DNA from: an uncultured Terricaulis sp.
GTDB taxonomy: Bacteria > Pseudomonadota > Alphaproteobacteria > Caulobacterales > Aquidulcibacteraceae
Reading direction: 5' to 3'
Length of the DNA stretch: 36,367 nucleotides
NCBI GenBank assembly: GCA_964423825.1
Contig: CAYRHK010000001.1
Location: forward strand, 1-36,367
Shown here: piece after piece, positions 9,554-17,121 of the stretch
Position numbering within the stretch: the stretch's first letter is position 1
Layout: each line of letters opens with the position of its first letter
Notes under the pieces: model-generated
Told to the model about the DNA's origin: nothing
Database searches by the model: none
What the model saw: only the letters and a program-made list of their open reading frames with translations
Position numbers and translations under genes: made by a program

Positions 9554-9715
9554 TGTTCTGCCATGCAAATCTTGTGCACTGCAATCCCAAACACGCTGCG
9601 GAGGACATGGGCCGCTAAGATGTGTGCGCAAGGGCAACAGTCATCTTGTGTGACCGACACGAATTCATAACGATTTCGTCGATGATTCTTCGCATTCGCG
9701 AAGTGGACTCGGTTA

Positions 9716-9940
9716 ATGGCCAATACGGTTCGTGCGCTTGGTGCATCTCAAACGGCTGGCAGGCCGGCGCCGGAGCGTGCGGCAGTATTCGCGCAGGGAG
9801 CTGCTCGGGGGGGAGTGCGCCGCTTGCCGCCGCGTTGGGTCGTGGCGATCCTGGTCATCGGCTACTGCGCGCTGATCTGGGTGCTGGTCATCGGCGGCGC
9901 CTTCGCCGGCATCAAGTGGGTTGCGACCGCGTTTTCCTAG
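9716..9940 (+). CDS. Small (74 aa) membrane protein divergent from the priming PGT
   Basis: Basic N-terminus followed by hydrophobic WVVAILVIGYCALIWVLVIGGAFAGIKWVATAFS. Fills an otherwise empty gap. Confidence 0.6.
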   Translation: MANTVRALGASQTAGRPAPERAAVFAQGAARGGVRRLPPRWVVAILVIGYCALIWVLVIGGAFAGIKWVATAFS

Positions 9941-10144
9941 GCGAAAGCGGGTAACTCAAGGCGCCTCAAAAGCGATGTGCGTTTCAACATGCACCCCGCG
10001 CTGGTTAAGGCGAGGGAGAACTGCCACACTCTAAGCTAAAGTGGAGTGCGCGGAGGGTTTGGCGCGTTGCTCTTTTTCGCTATTAGGTCGATCTTTAGGG
10101 GAATCGGGCGTCTACTTTGGTGGACGACCGTATTGGGGGTGCAT

Positions 10145-11365
10145 GTGCGTTTAGGGGCAATTTCGCTTTTTGCCGCGTCGTTGGCCTTCTTGGTGCCGAC
10201 GGCGGCTGCCCAAACCCCCGACAGCGAAGCGCGAGGCGACGCATCCGTGCGGGAGCGGCAACGCTCTGATTACGATCCACTCGGCATGCGTCTAGGCGCG
10301 TTTATGCTCAACGCCACGTTGGACTTGGGGATCGCTACCAGCGACAACATATTCGCCGAGGAGGTCACCCCTGAGAGTGACGTCATCTTCATTGCGGCGC
10401 CAAGCGCGACTTTGACCTCCAACTGGTCCCGGCACTCCCTGGTTTTTGGCGCTGGGATTCAACGCGCGACGTACCAGGATTTCTCCAATGAGAACGCCAC
10501 CACGGGATACGCCAACGTCTCTGGCCGTCTCGACATCGGCTCGCGCTCGCTCATCCGCGGGTTTGCGGGCTTGGCGAATGCCGTCGAGTCTCGGACAGAT
10601 CCCGATGCCTTGATCTTTGGCGAGCCAGTTGAGGTGGACAGCACCGTGCTCTCGCTCGGCGCGGAGCACCGGTTCACGCGCTTTCGCGTGAGCGGCGATG
10701 TAACCCGCACCGACTGGGACTACAGCGGCGGTCCGTTCAACCAGGATTTTCGTGACAACGAGCAGACCGCTTTCACCGGACGTGTTCAGTTCGACTTCAC
10801 GCCGCGCCTAGGGGGCATTTTCGAGGCTCGCGTAGACGAGCGCGACTACAGCGACCCCACCACGAACGACTCCGACGGCGTGGCTTATCTTGCGGGCGTT
10901 GGGATCAACTTCACCGACGTTCTTCAAGGCGAGGTGCTCGCTGGTGTGTTTGATCGCGATTACGACAATGGCGACACTAACAGCGGCACGGCTGTGTCGG
11001 CCAATTTGGTCTGGTACTTAACCCGCCTTACAAACGTGACGTTTAGCGCCAGCCGCCAGGGCGAAGATGTGAGTGGCAATGTCTCCTCGCCATTCACAGC
11101 CGACCGCTACGGCGTCAGGGTGGATCACGAACTTCGTCGCAACATCATTCTGGCCGCGGGCGTGAGCGGCGGGAAGTTTTCCTACGAAGCGATCGATCGC
11201 GACGATACCTTTTACGGCGGCTTCGTCGGCGCCGACTATTTGGTCAACCGGCGCGTGGTTCTCTATGGAACCTACAACTACAACCAAGTCGAATCCGAAG
11301 GCGTTGATCGCTATCGGGACTTTGAAGCGAACGCCTTCAGGGTCGGCGTTCGCCTGCACCTCTAG
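10145..11365 (+). CDS. Outer-membrane beta-barrel protein of polysaccharide export (BBP2/DUF2320-like)
   Basis: Signal peptide ending TAAA-Q, YDPLGMRLGAFML, SDNIF and NWSRHSL. Alternating amphipathic strands, C-terminal FRVGVRLHL. Start taken at GTG 10145 after a GGGGG RBS. Confidence 0.85.
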   Translation: MRLGAISLFAASLAFLVPTAAAQTPDSEARGDASVRERQRSDYDPLGMRLGAFMLNATLDLGIATSDNIFAEEVTPESDVIFIAAPSATLTSNWSRHSLVFGAGIQRATYQDFSNENATTGYANVSGRLDIGSRSLIRGFAGLANAVESRTDPDALIFGEPVEVDSTVLSLGAEHRFTRFRVSGDVTRTDWDYSGGPFNQDFRDNEQTAFTGRVQFDFTPRLGGIFEARVDERDYSDPTTNDSDGVAYLAGVGINFTDVLQGEVLAGVFDRDYDNGDTNSGTAVSANLVWYLTRLTNVTFSASRQGEDVSGNVSSPFTADRYGVRVDHELRRNIILAAGVSGGKFSYEAIDRDDTFYGGFVGADYLVNRRVVLYGTYNYNQVESEGVDRYRDFEANAFRVGVRLHL

Positions 11366-11458
11366 GTTCTTTTCCTCCGTCAGGTTAAGCTAACCCGTTT
11401 CCACGGGAGCGAACGTGCCGATGGACCGCGTTGTCCCCAGTTCCGGCGTCTGTGCAGC

Positions 11459-12826
11459 GTGAGCAGCTGGACGCTCTGCATCGACTTCGGCACGGCCTAT
11501 TCCAAGGCCGCAGCCGCCCCGCGCGATGCCTGGAGCGGATTTGAGCCCTCCCTGGTGCGTCCTCTAAGGCTGGGTAGCGTGCAGGAAGCTGGCAATGCAT
11601 TCCTGCTTGAAAGCGCCGTTCTCGTGGACGACGCTGCCGTCATGTTCGGGCGCGCAGCGATGTCGCGGGCCGAGGCCCTGACGCACAGTCGGCGCGTGCC
11701 GCTTCGTTCATTCAAGACTTTGTTGAGCGTCAGCGATCTCGATCGCGCACTCAATACCAATGCTCCCGCCTCGGTAGACCCCCATCGTGTATTTCAGATG
11801 CGCGACCTTATCGTCCTGTACCTGGCCTCCCTGCTAACGGCCGTGGATGTAGCCGCGGCTGCTGACGAACTTGTCGCATCTGCTGAGGACCTGGAATGGC
11901 GCTACGCTGCACCAGCCTGGCGCAGCGGCGACAGCGCCGGTCAGCACGATGCTGTGGTGCGTTTGTTCGGCGAAGCGGATGCTTTTCGCCAAATGGTTGG
12001 CGCCGATGCGCTTCTGGCGCCGGGCGGCATCAAGTTTGAGACGGTGCGCGCATTGCTGCCGGAAGCCATGGCTGCGCCCTCGCGCTACAAGATCGGCCTT
12101 ATCTTCGAGGCCACAGCCGCTGCTGCCTACACCTCGATTGGCTTGGCCGAACACGCGTCGCATCTCTTGGTGATCGATATGGGCGCCGGCACTACAGACT
12201 TGGCGGCGCTGGTGCGCGACGGCGCGAGTCTCGCCGAGCTATCCGATGCCCGCGTGACCCTGAAACAGGCGGGTGATTTCGTCGACAACACCATGGCCAA
12301 CGTCGTACTCGATGGCTCTTCGTGGGCAAAAACAGAGGACCAGCGGGCAAGTCTCTGGTCGGCGCTGATGCGCCAGATGCGTCAGATCAAGGAGAGCATT
12401 TTCGTCCACGGCGCCGCCAACATAGAACACGAAGGTCGGCGTATCGCAGTCACCATGCGTGACTTGGAGCGCCATCCCGATTTTCGCGATTTTCTCGCCA
12501 GCCTCACCGCTGCCTACGATCATGCGCTGGGCGTGGTTCAAGATGACGCGCTTCGGCGCCGCTCGCGTGAAGTCGAGGTTGTGGCGGTTGGCGGTGGCGC
12601 TGCGGCGCCGTTCATTCAGGACTTGGTCGTCAGGCGGCGCGGCAACGGCAAAGTGGCGGTGATCAAGCGGCCTGCCACGCCAGAGTGGGCGCATGCGGAG
12701 CGCGCCCCCGACGGCCTAGCGGCGGTATTTCCGCAACTCGCGATCGCGATTGGCGGCGCGCTGGCGCCAGATCCCGTCTTGGCCGTGAGTGGTCCGTCTA
12801 GTCGCCTCGCACGCGGCCGAACCTAA
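11459..12826 (+). CDS. Hsp70/actin-fold (ASKHA) ATPase, nucleotide-binding domain only
   Basis: Phosphate-1 CIDFGTAYS, connect-1 IFEATAAAAY, phosphate-2 VIDMGAGTTD, AGDFVD, adenosine AVGGGA and connect-2 QLAIAIGGA. The protein ends about 20 aa later, so there is no substrate-binding domain. Confidence 0.82.
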   Translation: MSSWTLCIDFGTAYSKAAAAPRDAWSGFEPSLVRPLRLGSVQEAGNAFLLESAVLVDDAAVMFGRAAMSRAEALTHSRRVPLRSFKTLLSVSDLDRALNTNAPASVDPHRVFQMRDLIVLYLASLLTAVDVAAAADELVASAEDLEWRYAAPAWRSGDSAGQHDAVVRLFGEADAFRQMVGADALLAPGGIKFETVRALLPEAMAAPSRYKIGLIFEATAAAAYTSIGLAEHASHLLVIDMGAGTTDLAALVRDGASLAELSDARVTLKQAGDFVDNTMANVVLDGSSWAKTEDQRASLWSALMRQMRQIKESIFVHGAANIEHEGRRIAVTMRDLERHPDFRDFLASLTAAYDHALGVVQDDALRRRSREVEVVAVGGGAAAPFIQDLVVRRRGNGKVAVIKRPATPEWAHAERAPDGLAAVFPQLAIAIGGALAPDPVLAVSGPSSRLARGRT

Positions 12827-13835
12827 AGCCGGCGGGCACCCGGTTGACATAGATCGCGGTCGTGGCTGGCCGAGACGCGGTGTGGAGTTGGCGCATTGTC
12901 CGCCGCACCGCACCAAGCGGCGTGCGGTCCCAGGCGGTCACGACGACCGTGCGGTCGGCCATGCGCCCGATGAGCGCGCCTTCTGCGCTCTCGAGCGCCG
13001 ACGGGCAGTCGAGAACAATGAGTTCGTAATGGGGGCGAAGCTTCTCAAGCACTGGGCGCAGCGTTGGACCCATTGTTCGCCACGGGTTTTGGGCTCGCGC
13101 CGCAGGCAGGAAATGAAGCCCCGTCTCTGGCTCTTCGCTCACGAACCTTTCCCAAGACTCAGGAGTTTCACAAGCTTCGAGCGTTCCCAGCGCCGGTTCG
13201 GCGCCAAGCGCTTTTGTGAGTGATCGGAAGCGCAAATCGCAGTCGATTACGATGACGCTTTTGCCTTGCTGCGCAGCACTCGTGGCGGCGCAAAGCGCCG
13301 TCGTGGTGGCGCCCTCGCCGGGAAGCGAACCTATGAAGGCGATCACGCCGCGCTCTGGCAGAGAACCCTGCAAGTCGCGAAAGGCGGTCGCAAACCCCGA
13401 GGCTGGCCAGAACGCTAGGCACCCGATCGGCGACCGTTTGTCGGGCGGCAACTGGCGCAACACGCCAGGCGTCAACTCTGGCGCCGCCCCGAGCACGGCG
13501 TAGCCACGTTGTTTGCCGAAACTGGACAGAGTCGTCACCGTGTTTCGGCTGATTTCTCGGAGGGCGCCCGACGCAAGCCCGCCAGCGATCCCGACCGGCG
13601 CCCAGAACAGCGCGGCAAATCGCCACGAAGCGCCCCCGAGCACCTCTGCAGCCACGCCTATGGCCGTAATGGCGGCGGCGACGAGGGCGGCAAACAGTGC
13701 TTGGCGGCCAAGCGCGCGCGACAAGCGGCCAAGCGCCAGCGCCCGCAACTGAGCCGGGTTCAGCTCCGGACGGCGCGCGGCTCGACCGCGGGGGCGCGTT
13801 CGCGCCGCGCTCGGCGAAGCAATCTGCTGCGTCAC
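12798..13835 (-). CDS. Wzc/CapB-like BY-kinase paralog with two TMs and degenerate catalytic motifs (probable pseudokinase)
   Basis: Walker A reads SLPGEGATTT (Lys replaced by Ala). Walker A' IDCDLR and Walker B LIVLDCP are kept. No Tyr cluster. Start taken at GTG 13835 after a GGGAGA RBS. Confidence 0.82.
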   Translation of the reverse strand: MTQQIASPSAARTRPRGRAARRPELNPAQLRALALGRLSRALGRQALFAALVAAAITAIGVAAEVLGGASWRFAALFWAPVGIAGGLASGALREISRNTVTTLSSFGKQRGYAVLGAAPELTPGVLRQLPPDKRSPIGCLAFWPASGFATAFRDLQGSLPERGVIAFIGSLPGEGATTTALCAATSAAQQGKSVIVIDCDLRFRSLTKALGAEPALGTLEACETPESWERFVSEEPETGLHFLPAARAQNPWRTMGPTLRPVLEKLRPHYELIVLDCPSALESAEGALIGRMADRTVVVTAWDRTPLGAVRRTMRQLHTASRPATTAIYVNRVPAGFRFGRVRGD

Positions 13836-14085
13836 CCGTGATCTCCCGACCTCTGTGGCGTCATAGCCCGCGTTTGACGCAAGGGCGACCACACTCGTCA
13901 CCCGATTGGCACCGGTCACCCCCGACTTGTATCCTTGGCGAGGAAAAGCGTTCAATTCAAAAACGGGCCCACCGGGATTTCTTGTCGCGGTTGCGGACCC
14001 TGGCGCGTGCCTTCCTGGGGGCACACATATCTTGCGTGAAATCCATTGGGCGAGATCGCCAGTAGAGACGTGCAGAGGTCGGGCA

Positions 14086-14718
14086 ATGCTTTATGAGATG
14101 CCCCGCAAAGTCCCCGAACGGCCGGACGGCGAAGCTCCGCCGGAGAACACGTTCGAGGCCTCGCTACGACGCGACCTTTCCGGCGACCCGCTCATCTCAT
14201 GCAATCCCGTTGTGGGTGGGTGGCTGAAACGCGGGTTCGATCTCCTTGTCCTCCTTGTCGTCGCGCCAGTTCTGGGGCCGCTCTTGCTTCTGAAGGCGAG
14301 CGCCTATTGGCGGCGCAAGCAACCAGCATTCGCGCGCTGTGAGAGCGTAGGCTACGGAGGCCGCCGGTTTGAACGTTTGCTTTGGGCGAGCGATCCCGGC
14401 GAGCCTGCCAACGACACTGCATCGCAGGCGCGGGGCTCGCTCAGCGAGCACCTTCCCCAGCTCCTAAATGTCCTTCGTGGCGAGATGTCGCTGGTTGGCC
14501 CGCTACCGCTTACGCAAGATCAAATCTCTGCTCTAAAGACCGGCTTGCGGCACTACCTGAGCGCGCGCCCCGGCGTGTTTGGCGTGAGGGCGGTTTTGAA
14601 CGCGCCGGAGGAAGATCCGCTCCACTACAAGGCTTATGCGTTGTCGTGGTCGCTCTTGGCCGACTCGGTGCTGTTGTGGCAGGAGCTAAACGCCTTGCGG
14701 CGGACGGACGCGGACTAA
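14086..14718 (+). CDS. Degenerate sugar-transferase (monotopic PGT) paralog, probable pseudoenzyme
   Basis: Keeps LKRGFD, the hydrophobic helix, LPQLLNVLRGEMSLVGP and RPG. DE is replaced by EH, KFRTM is absent and GPRP reads GPLP. ORF uninterrupted. Start taken at ATG 14086. Confidence 0.78.
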   Translation: MLYEMPRKVPERPDGEAPPENTFEASLRRDLSGDPLISCNPVVGGWLKRGFDLLVLLVVAPVLGPLLLLKASAYWRRKQPAFARCESVGYGGRRFERLLWASDPGEPANDTASQARGSLSEHLPQLLNVLRGEMSLVGPLPLTQDQISALKTGLRHYLSARPGVFGVRAVLNAPEEDPLHYKAYALSWSLLADSVLLWQELNALRRTDAD

Positions 14719-14767
14719 CGCACTGGTCGCAGGCTCGTCGTTTCAGCGAAGGACGCGGTCTTTCATC

Positions 14768-15901
14768 TTGGTCAAGTTGGCGTTCTTCGGGCACGACGCA
14801 AATGACGCCGCCGTGCAGCGGCGGATCGCAGCATTCGCGCAGGCCGACGCTGAGGTTCACGGCTTCACTATGCGCCGGGGTGAACTCCATGCCGATCCGG
14901 GCTGGGACAATGTCGACCTTGGCGCCACGCGCGACGCCGATTTTGCTCAGCGCATAAGGGCCCTGTGGGCTTCCCGCGCTGTGCTCCGGCGAAACCGGGG
15001 GGCTTTGCGCGCGTGCGAGGTCTTTTGGGCGCGGAACCTCGACATGCTTGCGCTTGCGCACTGGGCCCGGGGCATGAGCGGCGCGAGCGCTTGTTTGGTC
15101 TATGAGTGCCTCGACATTCACCGCTTCATGACCCGCGAGGACCCTCTGGGAGCGGGCATGCGCCAATTTGAACGCAGCTTGCTTCGCGACACAGCGCTTG
15201 TGGTGGTGAGCTCGCCGGCTTTCGTTCGCGAATATTTTGACAAGAGGCTGACGGGGCTTGCGCGCACAAAGTTGGTGGAGAATCGCCTCGCTCCCGGCTT
15301 TGAGTATGGACCCCGGCCCACCCAACACGCGCCGACCGCGGGCGCCGTCAGGCTGGGGTGGTTTGGAAATCTACGTTGCCGTCGCTCGTTGTCGCTGCTG
15401 CTTGACCTTGCTGACCGTTTTCAAGACCGGATCGAGCTGCACTTGCGGGGCGCGCCCACGAAAACCGATCTCGGCGATTTCGAAGCACGCGTCGCTGGAC
15501 GGACCAATGTCCATTTCGCTGGGCGATATCGTTGGCCGGATGACCTCGCATCCATCTATGCCGGCGTCGACTTGGTCTGGGCTGGTGACTTCCACGATCC
15601 CGGCGCAAATTCGAAATGGTTGCTGCCAAACCGCCTTTACGAGGGCGGATATTATGGTGCTACTCCGTTGGCCCCGTCCGACAGTGAAACTGGGCGATGG
15701 ATTGCGGCGCGCGGATTCGGGTTCACGCTTGATGAACCGTTAGAACAAAACCTGCCCGAGTTTTTCGCCAGCATTCAACCCGCGGAGCTCGCCGCCGCGC
15801 GTGCGCGCTTGCTGGCCGCTGACATCGACACATTCGTCCAGCCTGTAGAGGAGTTGCGCCAGGTACTGCGGGTGGCGCTCTCGGGGGAGGGGCTGCGCTG
15901 A
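14768..15901 (+). CDS. exoL: ExoL-like glucosyltransferase
   Basis: HDANDAAVQRRI, GFTMRR, ARNLDML, YECLDIHR, SSPAFV..YF, GWFGNLRCRRS and NSKWLLPNRLYEGG match recalled ExoL features. Confidence 0.8.
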   Translation: MVKLAFFGHDANDAAVQRRIAAFAQADAEVHGFTMRRGELHADPGWDNVDLGATRDADFAQRIRALWASRAVLRRNRGALRACEVFWARNLDMLALAHWARGMSGASACLVYECLDIHRFMTREDPLGAGMRQFERSLLRDTALVVVSSPAFVREYFDKRLTGLARTKLVENRLAPGFEYGPRPTQHAPTAGAVRLGWFGNLRCRRSLSLLLDLADRFQDRIELHLRGAPTKTDLGDFEARVAGRTNVHFAGRYRWPDDLASIYAGVDLVWAGDFHDPGANSKWLLPNRLYEGGYYGATPLAPSDSETGRWIAARGFGFTLDEPLEQNLPEFFASIQPAELAAARARLLAADIDTFVQPVEELRQVLRVALSGEGLR

Positions 15902-17121
15902 TGGGCAAGCCCGTTCTGGTAATGTTGCTGAGCCGCCAGCCCTTTGTGGAAAAGAGCGGCCGCGGCTTCACTTTGCGCCAGCGGATCGAGCAGGCGCGAA
16001 CGCAGTTCGACGTAAGGTTGATTGTCCTGGGGCCACCAAGCGGTGACCCGACCGACGAAGGGTTGACGTTCGTGCCGATGGCGCCGCCGCTCGCACTTGC
16101 GCTCAATGCGGTGCGCTTGGCGCCATTGCCGCTCCAGACCTGGCTCTATTACAGCGCATCAGCGCGCTCGCGCATCGCGGATATTGTCGCCAAAACTGGC
16201 GCCTGGGCGGTCTACGTCGATCTGTTGCGACTAGCCCCGCTGATCGAGGGAACGCCCGCGCACATCGCGCGAATTCTCGACTATGACGACATCTTTTCAG
16301 TCCGTTACCGCAACGCTGCGTCGAAGAACTACGATGTGATGGGCTTCTTGGCCGGTCGCGTCGGCGTTTTGGCGCCGCTCGCTCGCACATTCGCGCCGCT
16401 GCTATTGCGTATCGAAGCGGCGCGTTGCGAAACCTATGAAAAGACCATGCTCAGCCGCGCCGACCTCGTGGTGCTGGTGTCTCCTACGGAAGCGCGATTG
16501 ATCGAGAGGCCCGGCGCTCATGTTCTGGTCGCGCCGCCCGTCGTGCAGCCGATCGCCGGTGCTTCGACCCCCGGGCGGCGGTTGGTATTCCTCGGCAACA
16601 ATCGTTTTGCCGAGAACATCAGCATGTTGCGCGATCTCGCTCGTGCGCTTTCGGAACTGGGATCGGATCTCTCGGATGACGTCGTGATCGACGTGGTCGG
16701 CGATCACGCGCCCGAGCTGCCGAACCAGCTGGGCTCGCCGCGGCTAAACTTCTTGGGTCGCGTCGCGGATCTGCGCGACCTTGCCGGCGCCGGAGTCTTT
16801 CTGGCGCCGGTGATGAGCGGCAGCGGCGTCAAACTCAAGGTGTTGGACGGTATGGCGCTGGGCTGCCCGGTGGTAGCTACGCCGAAGGCGCTAGAAGGCA
16901 TAGGCGCGCGCGCCAACCGCGATCTCATCATAGCAAATGACGCCAAAGGGGTGATCAAGGCAGCGCTCGCGCTCCGCGATCGTCGCACGCTCAAGGCCAT
17001 GCTCGCACGCCGCGGCCACGCCTACATCGAGCACGCACATGCGCCGAGCATCGGCGACGCGTTCTGCGCGGCGATGGAGTCGGCCATCGCCCGCGCCGCC
17101 AAGCGTCACGAAACGCTGTAG
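15901..17121 (+). CDS. GT4 (GT-B fold) glycosyltransferase
   Basis: APVMSGSGVKLKVLDGMALGCPVVATPKALEGI signature. TGA/ATG overlap with exoL. Confidence 0.88.
   Translation: MGKPVLVMLLSRQPFVEKSGRGFTLRQRIEQARTQFDVRLIVLGPPSGDPTDEGLTFVPMAPPLALALNAVRLAPLPLQTWLYYSASARSRIADIVAKTGAWAVYVDLLRLAPLIEGTPAHIARILDYDDIFSVRYRNAASKNYDVMGFLAGRVGVLAPLARTFAPLLLRIEAARCETYEKTMLSRADLVVLVSPTEARLIERPGAHVLVAPPVVQPIAGASTPGRRLVFLGNNRFAENISMLRDLARALSELGSDLSDDVVIDVVGDHAPELPNQLGSPRLNFLGRVADLRDLAGAGVFLAPVMSGSGVKLKVLDGMALGCPVVATPKALEGIGARANRDLIIANDAKGVIKAALALRDRRTLKAMLARRGHAYIEHAHAPSIGDAFCAAMESAIARAAKRHETL

Noticed and set aside
9563-9580. Sigma54-like GTGCAC-N5-TTGCA upstream of the PGT on the minus strand
   Set aside because: Lacks the invariant GG at -24.
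13830-13922. Three GTCACCC copies upstream of the pseudo-Wzc
   Set aside because: Short and irregularly spaced, and one includes the start codon. Cannot be distinguished from chance.
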